This document shows positions 28,481 to 37,233 of a DNA stretch of 52,953 bases, piece by piece (within the stretch, counting starts at the first letter, position 1; every line of letters starts with the position of its first letter). Origin of the DNA: a virus (taxonomy: Duplodnaviria; Caudoviricetes); the IMG/VR virus record IMGVR_UViG_3300043436_004091, positions 1 through 52,953 of that record; one strand, written 5' to 3'. The notes beneath the pieces were generated by a model. That model had not been told where the DNA came from. It searched no databases and saw only the letters and a program-made list of their open reading frames with translations. Made by a program: the position numbers and the translations under genes.

Positions 28481-28780
28481 ATGTATATAGAAAACACAAA
28501 ACCTGTCGTCGTACCAGCAACACAAGAACTAGTCTTTGATTGTTTTTGGGCTAGTAAAATTATAATTGACATGCCTAATCCAGAATCATCTGGAAAAGCT
28601 GTTGTAGAATTAAAACCATACAACAAAGATCTCAAAAAAGTTACAGACAAAACAGAAATGCTAATTGTCGATAATATTTGGAGCAAAGCTGCCGACAATC
28701 AAGAAGTTGCAGATGCGATTACCAGTATGATCAATGCTATTAACGTTCTAAAGAAGCAGAAAGATGCTGAAAATAAATAA
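28481..28780 (+). CDS. Hypothetical protein (possible fibre chaperone)
   Basis: 99-aa ORF directly after the fibre gene. Confidence 0.5.
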   Translation: MYIENTKPVVVPATQELVFDCFWASKIIIDMPNPESSGKAVVELKPYNKDLKKVTDKTEMLIVDNIWSKAADNQEVADAITSMINAINVLKKQKDAENK

Positions 28781-28803
28781 GCCGCATCTTTCGATACGGC
28801 TTA
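28772..28803 (-). terminator. Rho-independent terminator between convergent blocks
   Basis: Minus strand TAAGCCGTATC-GAAA-GATGCGGCTTA-TTTATTTT (GNRA loop, one G.U pair). Confidence 0.75.
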
Positions 28804-28806
28804 AAT

Positions 28807-29202
28807 TTACTTCTTTCCGAAGTCTACTTTTATTTTACTGCTTTCAAATGATTTCATTTGATCTGGGTGTTTAGCTCCTCTACGTTTCGCAGAGTAATCA
28901 GTGAAGTACTTTTCTTTAACGGGGTCTTTGCCTCCAGCCAAGGAGGCTCTCTTGTCGCTCATTTCAGCACTTCTATCAAGTAGATCACCGTAGGTACCCT
29001 TCTTGTTCTGAGTCTTGTCTACGAACTGTTTAGAGCTAAATGGATCTACATGAGAATCAATAGAAGCATTTGGAACAGTGAAAACACGCTTCCAAGAATC
29101 TTCGTCACCGTTGATTCCAGAATAAACATGAAGATCATTCATGCCCTGAAAAACTTCAGAATATTCGTCGGTAGAGGTATTATGATATATGTAGACAGGC
29201 AT
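28807..29202 (-). CDS. FmdB-like regulatory protein lacking the zinc-ribbon cysteines
   Basis: MPVYIY...EVFQGMND...WKRVFTVP pattern resembles FmdB MPxYxY..FE...M, with no Cys. Confidence 0.5.
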   Translation of the reverse strand: MPVYIYHNTSTDEYSEVFQGMNDLHVYSGINGDEDSWKRVFTVPNASIDSHVDPFSSKQFVDKTQNKKGTYGDLLDRSAEMSDKRASLAGGKDPVKEKYFTDYSAKRRGAKHPDQMKSFESSKIKVDFGKK

Positions 29203-29206
29203 ATTG

Positions 29207-30280
29207 TTAAAAGCTTTCTAGAATGCGATCAACGGTATTTGAATAGGTGAATTTTTTACTCAATTCGATACCATTGGTATTCACCGAAGACACTTTGGAA
29301 ACAGCTGTTTGCATCGCCGCAATAACATCGTCTTCATTCCAAGAAAACATGTTGCCTTGATTATATTCAGCACCCTCTGAAAAGAAAAAGGAATCATAGA
29401 TAGGTTCTTGTCCAGACGGTTCGATTAAGATCGAATTCTGATCATTTGCCCAGTCTTTATGAGACGTAGCATTCAAGACGACACTCCATTTACCAAGGCA
29501 CGTAGCGTTGAAGCTCGGAAGGTTCCAGCCTTCTGCACCGCTCAATCCAGTCAAGTCGATATCAACGGCATTCAAGAACTCGTTGACTTCAGAGTTAGTC
29601 TTTAGATATGGCAGGAAATTAATATTAGTATATCTCTTTCCCTCCAAAACAGAAGCAATAACAGCTTGCATTTGCTCTGGCTTAAAGAATGGATTTGTTA
29701 CGCAGCACGATAATTGATATCGATTATCATTACCATACTTTTTGAGCCATGCTCGAATAATCTTTTCAGTATGCTTTCGCTTTTCGAACTTGCCCATCAA
29801 TCCGAAGTGAACAACTCCTTCTAAATACTTTTTACCAGTTTTAAAGAAGTCTTGATCAAATCCCATTGGAACAAAGCTGCAATTACTACATCCAGCTGAT
29901 TCAAAAAGATCTTTAGCGTAAGTAGAACTAAACAATGTGCGGTCTTGAGATTTGCACGTTGAAACTTCCTGAAATGTAGGTTCGCTAGTTTCGTAGAAAG
30001 TTAGTAGATTCTGCTTATGAGACTTGCGATCTAACGCCCCATTCAAATGCCATAATTTAAAGCTGGGAGCTTTAGATGCTACGATGTCCCAGCGCTTATC
30101 AATAGATTCTTTTATCCAAGAAGAAAAAGACGCATCCGCCTTGTAAGCGGATACGTCAACATTTCCAGTTGGAAACAAGCCTACTTCGATACCCCTCTTT
30201 GAGAACTCGCGAAGAATATTATAAGAAACATTCCCGAAAGAAAGAGAGTTAATAGGAGCTTCAACTAATAAAGTTTTCAT
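29207..30280 (-). CDS. Glycosyltransferase, GT-B fold (GT4-like)
   Basis: VPMGFD, GKFEKRK, AEGWNLPSFNATCLG motifs. Confidence 0.8.
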   Translation of the reverse strand: MKTLLVEAPINSLSFGNVSYNILREFSKRGIEVGLFPTGNVDVSAYKADASFSSWIKESIDKRWDIVASKAPSFKLWHLNGALDRKSHKQNLLTFYETSEPTFQEVSTCKSQDRTLFSSTYAKDLFESAGCSNCSFVPMGFDQDFFKTGKKYLEGVVHFGLMGKFEKRKHTEKIIRAWLKKYGNDNRYQLSCCVTNPFFKPEQMQAVIASVLEGKRYTNINFLPYLKTNSEVNEFLNAVDIDLTGLSGAEGWNLPSFNATCLGKWSVVLNATSHKDWANDQNSILIEPSGQEPIYDSFFFSEGAEYNQGNMFSWNEDDVIAAMQTAVSKVSSVNTNGIELSKKFTYSNTVDRILESF

Positions 30281-30678
30281 CAGAAAGGAATATCATCATC
30301 TTCTACATCATTGCTAGATTCTGCGACCTGCTTGCTTGATGCATTTGGACCTTCTTTAGATCCATCATTCTTCTGTCCACCGCCAAGGAACTTGACTTTG
30401 TTCGCTCTGATGAAATTCTTGCTCTGAGGATTTCCATCTTTGCCAGTCCAGCTTGAAGTGCTGAGTTCTCCTTCAACCATAGCTTCTCGTCCCTTGACTA
30501 GATACTTTTGGCAAACTTCAGCAGTTCGTTCCCAAGTTTCAACGTCAATGAAACACTTGTTCTTAGCTTGGCTTTCTGAGATACAAATTCGGAAAGTGCA
30601 AATAGCCTTTCCAGTAGAAGTTGTACGAGTTTCTGGATCTTTAACAAGATGACCGATTGCGATAATTGTGTTATACAT
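30280..30678 (-). CDS. ssb: Single-stranded DNA-binding protein
   Basis: IGHLVKDPETR, VEGELSTSSW, acidic tip DDDIPF. Confidence 0.93.
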   Translation of the reverse strand: MYNTIIAIGHLVKDPETRTTSTGKAICTFRICISESQAKNKCFIDVETWERTAEVCQKYLVKGREAMVEGELSTSSWTGKDGNPQSKNFIRANKVKFLGGGQKNDGSKEGPNASSKQVAESSNDVEDDDIPF

Positions 30679-31240
30679 TTTTAATTTCCTGTTTTACTTT
30701 ATTAATGAACTTATTATGAATATCAATGCATCCTTGAATACTCATTCCCAACTCTTTAGAGATTTCTCTCCAAGAGCAGGCTTTATTATAGCTGAAAGAA
30801 TACCTCATGTCAATAATTTTTTTGACTCTTGGATCAGAACTTTTACTGGCCATATCCAAGACATTTTTAATTGTTTCTTTTACTTGGATATCGGAAAGAA
30901 AATCTTCTCGACTTGATTTTTCTTTCAAAGAATCGTCGAGAGGCTCTTCGATCATTTTTTTATTCTTATTATAAATATTAAGACACTTCCAACGAGTTTC
31001 ATTTGCTAGGTAAGTCGGGAACTTGGTATTTTTGTCCGACTTGTATTTTAAAGCAGCAGCATATATGGAATAATCTTTGTCTTTTAAAATATCATTTTTA
31101 TTAACGAAAGAGCATGAATCAGAAACAGTCTTGTTCACCATATCCATGTAAATTCCAGAATGACGATTGATAAGCTCAGTGAGGCTTTTACTATCATTCT
31201 CCTCTTTGATTTTATTTATAAGCGACAAGTCTGAGTCCAT
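30671..31240 (-). CDS. Second sigma-factor-like protein
   Basis: DLSLINKIK...LINRHSG...KFPTYLANETRW; C-terminal HTH IIDMRY...SWREISKELGMSIQG. Confidence 0.75.
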   Translation of the reverse strand: MDSDLSLINKIKEENDSKSLTELINRHSGIYMDMVNKTVSDSCSFVNKNDILKDKDYSIYAAALKYKSDKNTKFPTYLANETRWKCLNIYNKNKKMIEEPLDDSLKEKSSREDFLSDIQVKETIKNVLDMASKSSDPRVKKIIDMRYSFSYNKACSWREISKELGMSIQGCIDIHNKFINKVKQEIKNV

Positions 31241-31803
31241 GATTCAATTTCCTCTTGTGGAACAATATTGTGAAGGGTTTCATAAGCGACAGCAACCAGT
31301 ATATCCAAATTGTCTACAGTTGACCAAGAAAGTTGGAAATCACAAAGATTAATCAATACAGAATTATTTTCTGATTCTGTTTGGTTGGCTGGTTCAACCA
31401 AACTTCCATCTTTCAATACTCTATTGATAAAAATAGAATATCCAGACTTATCTTTAAGCCATTCCATTTCATTGGTGAATCGAACGTCGGTTATGATATT
31501 GACACAATCATCTTCCAAAACAGATTCGACATGTTCGATCCAAATATTAGGATTGATTTTTCTGCGAACTTCAGTTCCCCATGTAACCAGAAGCGGACGA
31601 ATAATCTTTTTTTCCTCATCATCTTGAGTAAAAGCATCAATCCCAATTGTAGACTGGAGAAAGTCTTTTACTTCTTCTTTTAACTGATTTGCAAAAGAAA
31701 ACTTTTTAGCCTTAATTCCGCGAGCATTAAGAACTTCGATTAAACAATCAGCAAATGTATCTTTGCCACTTCTCGCGGCACCAGAAATTCCTATAATTTT
31801 CAC
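31216..31803 (-). CDS. Deoxynucleoside monophosphate kinase
   Basis: P-loop GAARSGKDT, FANQLKE, ITDVRFTNE. Confidence 0.85.
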   Translation of the reverse strand: MKIIGISGAARSGKDTFADCLIEVLNARGIKAKKFSFANQLKEEVKDFLQSTIGIDAFTQDDEEKKIIRPLLVTWGTEVRRKINPNIWIEHVESVLEDDCVNIITDVRFTNEMEWLKDKSGYSIFINRVLKDGSLVEPANQTESENNSVLINLCDFQLSWSTVDNLDILVAVAYETLHNIVPQEEIESWTQTCRL

Positions 31804-32306
31804 AGTCCTGTACTTCCAAAGCCTCCACTGTTTCTAGTTGTGTCTTCAAAAGATTCTACAAGATTAAGATTTGGGCTTAACGTTTTAGAGAAAACTAATT
31901 GGCCAATCTTATCGCCTTTCTTGTAGATCTTCGATTCATTAATCTGAATAAGCAATCCTCCGTGACCGATAATATAATCTTCTGGCTGTGGAAGATACTT
32001 GAATCTGAACTTGATAGTTCCTCTATATCCATTATCGATTAACCCAATGCTATTTGCCATAATCAAGTTGGTTTTCGAGATGGAAGACCTTGGAAAAGCA
32101 TAAGTATGGAATTCAGATTCTGGGGAAATCACAAGTTCAGTATCGTACTCTATATAATCAATAGAACTGTAGTATACAGCGAGTTGTGTTTTCCCAACAA
32201 TAACTGGGTCTGAAGCGGCAATAACATCATAGCCAGCGTCACCAATATGCGCGGGCAAAATGATATTCTTTAACGAGTTTGTGTTTAATTCATTCATCTT
32301 GATCAA
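31800..32306 (-). CDS. dut: Trimeric dUTPase
   Basis: Five motifs AGYD, PRSS, GLIDNGYRG, GQL, RNSGGFGSTG. Confidence 0.93.
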   Translation of the reverse strand: MIKMNELNTNSLKNIILPAHIGDAGYDVIAASDPVIVGKTQLAVYYSSIDYIEYDTELVISPESEFHTYAFPRSSISKTNLIMANSIGLIDNGYRGTIKFRFKYLPQPEDYIIGHGGLLIQINESKIYKKGDKIGQLVFSKTLSPNLNLVESFEDTTRNSGGFGSTGL

Positions 32307-32571
32307 TATGTTTAATTAACTCAGCTGCATATTTGTGCATACCGATATCTGCCAAAACAGCTGGAGCATAAATCAGTCTAGTCTCCGAAAGGGACTTCTT
32401 GATTGGAATCACAGAAATAACCGCTCCAACAGAGAATTTATCTCCGTCTGATTCAAGTAATTGCTCAAGCGCTCTCGACGCTGCGCTTTCGAATGAATCA
32501 GCATTATCAACTACAATTGACCAATCAGCACTTGAGCATAAAAATGACTGCTGTGGGTTATCTTCTGTCAT
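32290..32571 (-). CDS. Hypothetical protein
   Basis: 93-aa ORF, first gene of the minus block, directly behind a sigma70-type promoter. Confidence 0.6.
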   Translation of the reverse strand: MTEDNPQQSFLCSSADWSIVVDNADSFESAASRALEQLLESDGDKFSVGAVISVIPIKKSLSETRLIYAPAVLADIGMHKYAAELIKHIDQDE

Positions 32572-32580
32572 ATATCAGGC

Positions 32581-32609
32581 ATATTATCACAACTAAGATG
32601 CACAGTCAA
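32581..32609 (-). promoter_or_regulatory. Sigma70-type promoter
   Basis: TTGACT-17 nt-TAATAT, 9 nt before ATG 32571. Confidence 0.6.
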
Positions 32610-32782
32610 CAAAAAATTTGCATATTAAATTAATTTTGAATAACTTTCTATTGCAAAAATCGAAAAAAGATAAGAACCACTTCACTTAAAATTAATTTAA
32701 TCGTATCCGTAGTAGGTTAATCGTTGTTTGTTATTGGCTCATCCAAAGTTTCTTGTTTTTTTAATCGCAAAGCAGCTACGTA

Positions 32783-32810
32783 ATCGTAGGCGTTATTTTT
32801 TGGTTGTCAA
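32783..32810 (-). promoter_or_regulatory. Sigma70-type promoter reading into a non-coding region
   Basis: TTGACA-16 nt-TACGAT. Confidence 0.5.
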
Positions 32811-32879
32811 GAAAAAAATTACACTAAATTTTTGCTGGCTTTTAGAATTGGAGTGAGGTATAGTGTAAAACATACTACT

Positions 32880-33851
32880 ATGATTTTTGAAGAACAAGTT
32901 TCGAGAAAGCCGAATAAATATCCGTGGACTGAGCAATATATAGAGGCGATGCACAATGGCTTTTGGACCGACAAGGAATTCAACTTTAAGTCTGACGTTC
33001 AGCAATTCAAAGTGTCTTTGAGCGATCAAGAAAGAGAAGTGATCGTCAGAACTTTGTCGGCAATCGGCCAAATTGAGGTAGCTGTGAAGACTTTCTGGGC
33101 AAAGCTTGGCGACAATCTGCCGCATCCATCTATGCAAGATCTAGGCTACGTTATGGCCAACATAGAAGTCATTCACAACAATGCTTACGAGCGACTTTTG
33201 AATGTTCTTGATTTGGAGGATATCTTTGAAGAAAATCTCAAGCTTGAGTGGATTCAGGGCAGGGTGAAATACTTGAGAAAGTATACTCATAAATTCTATA
33301 AGGATTCAAAAAAACAATATTTGTACGCCTTGATTCTCTTTACTCTTTTTGTCGAAAATGTTTCTTTGTTTAGCCAATTCTACATCATCAATCATTTCGC
33401 TCGCTTCAAAAACGTTTTGAAGGATACGGATCAGCAAGTGAAGTACACTCGCAACGAAGAAAATATTCACGCTTTGGTTGGCGTTAAAATCATCAACACT
33501 ATTCGCGAAGAGTATCCAGATTTATTTGATTCAGAGCTTGAATCCAGAATTGCTCACGAAGCAGTTCAGGCTTTTGAAGCAGAAAGCAAGATCGTAGACT
33601 GGATGGTAAATGGTTTGAATGAGGAGTCCCTGTCTTCGCCAATTCTTAAAGAGTTTATTAAAAACAGAATCAATGAATCTTTAATTCAAATCGGTTTCAA
33701 AAAAGTATTTGAAATTGATGAAAAATTGTTATCATTGACGACATGGTTCGACGAGGAACTTTTGGGCAATAACATGACTGACTTTTTCAGTTCTAGACCC
33801 GTCGAGTACTCGAAGAAGAATCAATCATTTGGTGAAGACGACTTATTTTAA
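32880..33851 (+). CDS. nrdB: Ribonucleotide reductase beta subunit, class Id-type
   Basis: AIGQIEVAVKTFW, EVIHNNAY, ENVSLFSQF, EENIH, DFFSSRPVEY; ATG 32880 preferred over the upstream TTG. Confidence 0.92.
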   Translation: MIFEEQVSRKPNKYPWTEQYIEAMHNGFWTDKEFNFKSDVQQFKVSLSDQEREVIVRTLSAIGQIEVAVKTFWAKLGDNLPHPSMQDLGYVMANIEVIHNNAYERLLNVLDLEDIFEENLKLEWIQGRVKYLRKYTHKFYKDSKKQYLYALILFTLFVENVSLFSQFYIINHFARFKNVLKDTDQQVKYTRNEENIHALVGVKIINTIREEYPDLFDSELESRIAHEAVQAFEAESKIVDWMVNGLNEESLSSPILKEFIKNRINESLIQIGFKKVFEIDEKLLSLTTWFDEELLGNNMTDFFSSRPVEYSKKNQSFGEDDLF

Positions 33852-33853
33852 TT

Positions 33854-35506
33854 ATGACTGAAAAATACTATTGGCTTAATGCGGATTCGAGAACGTTTCT
33901 CGAAAGAGGCTATTTACTAGCGGGGGAGACTGCCGAACAGAGAATTTTGGATATTGCAAATACTGCTGAAAAATACTTAGGAATTGATGGGTTTGCTAAG
34001 AAGTTTGAGTCTTACTTGGCTTCTGGTTTTTACTCTTTGTCTTCTCCAATTTGGAGTAACTTTGGAAGATCCAGAGGATTGCCAATCAGTTGTTTTGGTT
34101 CTTATATTTCAGACAAGCTAGAGCAGATTGCTGGTTATAAGCTGTCTGAAGTGGCAATGATGACCAAAGCTGGAGGTGGAACCTCTGCATATTTTGGAGC
34201 GCTTCGCGGTCGAGGCGCACCAATTAGTTCTGGTGGAGAATCTACTGGCTCTGTGCATTTCATGGAATTGTACGATAAGATCATGAATGTTGTTTCTCAA
34301 GGCAATGTTCGAAGAGGTTCTTTTGCTGCTTATCTTCCAATCGATCATCCAGATATCGAAGAGTTTTTGAAGATTCGCTCAGACGGTCATGAGATTCAAG
34401 ACATGTCGATTGGTGTATGCATATCCAATGAATGGATGAAGAGAATGATTGATGGCGATAAAGATCTTCGTAAAATTTGGGGCTTGGTTATTAAAAAGAG
34501 ATTTGAAAGTGGCTATCCATACCTATTCTTTTCTGACAATGCCAACGAGCAAGCTCCGCAGGTTTACAAAGATAAGGGGTTGACGATCAATGCTAGTAAT
34601 CTATGCAACGAAATCATGCTTTCGACATCAGAAGATGAATCTTTTGTTTGTAACCTTTCTTCGCTGAATCTTGAAAAATGGGATGAGATTGTCAAAACTG
34701 ATGCTGTCGAAACTCTTGTTTTCTTCTTGGACGCAGTAATGAGCGAGTTTATTGAAAAGACAGAGTCCATGCCATTCATGGAAGCTCCAAGAAAGTTTGC
34801 TATCAATCAGCGTGCGCTTGGTGTTGGTGTTCTTGGATGGCACACATACCTTCAATCTAAAATGGTTTCTTTCGAATCTATGGAAGCTAAGCTGTTGAAC
34901 ATGTCAATCTGGCAAAACATTCGAAATCTTGCAGACAAAGCTTCTCAAGATCTTGCTTCTATTTTTGGCGAGCCTCCATTGTTGAAAGGCTACGCTCGTA
35001 GAAATTCTACTACATTGGCAGTAGCTCCCACTACTTCAAGCTCGTTTATTCTTGGGCAAGTATCTCCATCAATCGAACCACTGAATAGTAATTACTTTGT
35101 GAAGGATTTGGCTAAAGGAAAATTCACTTATAAAAATCCACACTTAAAAGAATTGCTCGCTTCCAAAGAAATGGACAATCAAGAAATTTGGAAATCCATT
35201 CTTGTTCACGGTGGAAGTGTTCAGCATCTTGATTTCTTAACGATAGAAGAAAAAGAAGTATTCAAGACTTTCGGCGAAATCTCTCAAAAAGAGATCGTTA
35301 TTCAAGCTGCGCAAAGACAAAAGTATATTGATCAAGGGCAGAGTTTGAATGTTATGATTCCTCCAAATTCATCACCAAAAGATGTCAATGAATTAATGAT
35401 ATTCGCTTGGGAAAGCGGTATCAAGGGAATGTATTATCAGCGAAGTGCTAATCCCGCTCAAGAACTCGCAAGATCGATCATGTCTTGCAAAACTTGTGAG
35501 GCATAA
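33854..35506 (+). CDS. nrdA: Ribonucleotide reductase alpha subunit (no ATP cone)
   Basis: PISCF, SNLCNEI, CNLSSLNL, APTTSSS, YY pair, C-terminal CKTC. Confidence 0.95.
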   Translation: MTEKYYWLNADSRTFLERGYLLAGETAEQRILDIANTAEKYLGIDGFAKKFESYLASGFYSLSSPIWSNFGRSRGLPISCFGSYISDKLEQIAGYKLSEVAMMTKAGGGTSAYFGALRGRGAPISSGGESTGSVHFMELYDKIMNVVSQGNVRRGSFAAYLPIDHPDIEEFLKIRSDGHEIQDMSIGVCISNEWMKRMIDGDKDLRKIWGLVIKKRFESGYPYLFFSDNANEQAPQVYKDKGLTINASNLCNEIMLSTSEDESFVCNLSSLNLEKWDEIVKTDAVETLVFFLDAVMSEFIEKTESMPFMEAPRKFAINQRALGVGVLGWHTYLQSKMVSFESMEAKLLNMSIWQNIRNLADKASQDLASIFGEPPLLKGYARRNSTTLAVAPTTSSSFILGQVSPSIEPLNSNYFVKDLAKGKFTYKNPHLKELLASKEMDNQEIWKSILVHGGSVQHLDFLTIEEKEVFKTFGEISQKEIVIQAAQRQKYIDQGQSLNVMIPPNSSPKDVNELMIFAWESGIKGMYYQRSANPAQELARSIMSCKTCEA

Positions 35507-35518
35507 ATCAAAAAAAAA

Positions 35519-35524
35519 GTGTAA
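35519..35524 (+). promoter_or_regulatory. GTGTAA putative late-promoter motif
   Basis: 12 nt before ATG 35537. Confidence 0.55.
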
Positions 35525-35536
35525 TATCTTTTATAT

Positions 35537-36508
35537 ATGGAAGTTGACTTTTCTTTAAAAATTAAAGAGTTATTCGATAACTCAGAAGCAAAAAGATCTG
35601 GGCCAAAAAGCTCCGCTCAGACTCCTGCTCCGAAATCTGATCAAAAAACAGGTTCAGATAAAAACAAAAAAGGATCTGCTGGAACTGACGGTGGAAAAAT
35701 TGAGTTTTCTGAAAAGATTACAAGCTCTCTTCAAGAGAAAGTTAGATCTCATAATGAAAAGTACGACAAGAAAGTTTCATTGTCTCAGTTGAAAAAAGTT
35801 TACAGAAGAGGTCTTGGAGCTTTTTCATCTTCTCATCGACCAGGTCAAACTAGAGGAAGCTGGGCAATGGCAAGAGTCAATATGTTCTTGAAGATGATGC
35901 GTGGCGGAAAAGTCAAAGATTCTTATCGTGCTGCTGATCAAGATGTCGCTTCTGGCTCTGAGTTGTATTATGAGCAAAAACCAGAAGATGTTTTTTGGGA
36001 ATTTGATTCTATTGATTTTGATTTAGCTAGAATTGATTTGATCAAAGCTAATGTGGATTTAGACGATGAAGCTAATATTGATTTGTTTGATATCGAGTAT
36101 TCAGAAGCTGAAAAGAAGACTCTCAACAAGCCGTTCAGACTGCCTAGTGGCTCCAACAAGAAGTTTGGCGTGTATGTCAAGAATGACAAGGGCAATGTCG
36201 TGATGGTGAAGTTTGGAGATCCTAACATGGAGATCAAAAGAGATGATCCAAATCGCAGAAAGAACTTCAGAGCAAGACATCAGTGCGATACTAATGTTGG
36301 CCCGAAATGGAAAGCTCGTTATTGGAGTTGCAAGTTTTGGAGCAAGAAACCAGTTTCTTCTTTAGCTTCAGAAGATTTTCTTTTAAGCGATGACGATGGA
36401 ATGGACTGGGATTGGGATGACTCTGAATTCTTAGATCACGAAGAAATTCTTGGAGAGTGGACTTATTTATCAGAGGTTCAAGTTTTTATTGAAGAAGACG
36501 ATCTCTGA
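35537..36508 (+). CDS. Hypothetical multi-module protein (two basic viral domains with acidic linkers)
   Basis: VYRRGLGAFSSSHRPGQTRGSWAMARVN (recalled as DUF5824-like) and KKFGVYVKN...VKFGDPNMEIKRDDPNRRKNFRARHQC modules. Confidence 0.6.
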   Translation: MEVDFSLKIKELFDNSEAKRSGPKSSAQTPAPKSDQKTGSDKNKKGSAGTDGGKIEFSEKITSSLQEKVRSHNEKYDKKVSLSQLKKVYRRGLGAFSSSHRPGQTRGSWAMARVNMFLKMMRGGKVKDSYRAADQDVASGSELYYEQKPEDVFWEFDSIDFDLARIDLIKANVDLDDEANIDLFDIEYSEAEKKTLNKPFRLPSGSNKKFGVYVKNDKGNVVMVKFGDPNMEIKRDDPNRRKNFRARHQCDTNVGPKWKARYWSCKFWSKKPVSSLASEDFLLSDDDGMDWDWDDSEFLDHEEILGEWTYLSEVQVFIEEDDL

Positions 36509-36528
36509 TTTATTATCATGCATTAGGC

Positions 36529-37233
36529 ATGAGCTATAGAGTTTCTGTAATCACTTCAATCTATAAATCTTTTGAATTTTTGCATCATTTTCTTTTGGAT
36601 GCAAAAAGGCAGACTATTTTTCCTGAATCAGAAATTCTTCTGTTAGATTGTAATGATGATGATTTTGATTATAAAATAATCGAGCCATTTTTGTCTTTTT
36701 GTAATTTCAAGTACCATAAACTCGGGAAATGCTCAGTATATGAAGCATGGAATATTGGAATAGATTTATCATCTTCTGATATACTCACAAATTGGAATAC
36801 TGATGATCGCAGAGCTTTTGATTCATTAGAGAATCAAGTTTCTTTCATTGAAAAAAATCCAAAGTATGATTTGTGCTATGGTCCAACTTTAATCAGTGAA
36901 ATTCCAAATGAAGTATTTGAATTTTGTTCTTCCAAAATATATTATCCAGCTTTAGATGGTACTTTAGAAAATCAAATGGAGCATAATTCTCCTCACTGCT
37001 TGCCTGTTTGGAGAAAGAGTGTTCATGAAAGATTTGGATATTTTGATACTAAATATTTCTCTGCCTCCGATTATGATATGTGGTTTCGTATTTTAAAAGG
37101 AGGAGGTGAGTTTAAAGCGTTGGATAGTCTTGTTGGACTATATTATAGAAATCCAAATGGAATTTCCTCGTCTTCTAATAATATAAATAAAGCTTTGGAG
37201 GAAGTTTTGCAAATAAGAAATAAATATAAATGA
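36529..37233 (+). CDS. Glycosyltransferase family 2
   Basis: VSVITSIY, YEAWNIGI, WNTDD, DYDMWFR. Confidence 0.88.
   Translation: MSYRVSVITSIYKSFEFLHHFLLDAKRQTIFPESEILLLDCNDDDFDYKIIEPFLSFCNFKYHKLGKCSVYEAWNIGIDLSSSDILTNWNTDDRRAFDSLENQVSFIEKNPKYDLCYGPTLISEIPNEVFEFCSSKIYYPALDGTLENQMEHNSPHCLPVWRKSVHERFGYFDTKYFSASDYDMWFRILKGGGEFKALDSLVGLYYRNPNGISSSSNNINKALEEVLQIRNKYK

Noticed and set aside
32832-32879. Longer upstream starts in the ORF track (nrdB 32832, 43303, recA 43604, 44664, 47757)
   Set aside because: Downstream ATGs (32880, 43321, 43658, 44778, 47766) fit family N-termini, promoters or short overlaps better.
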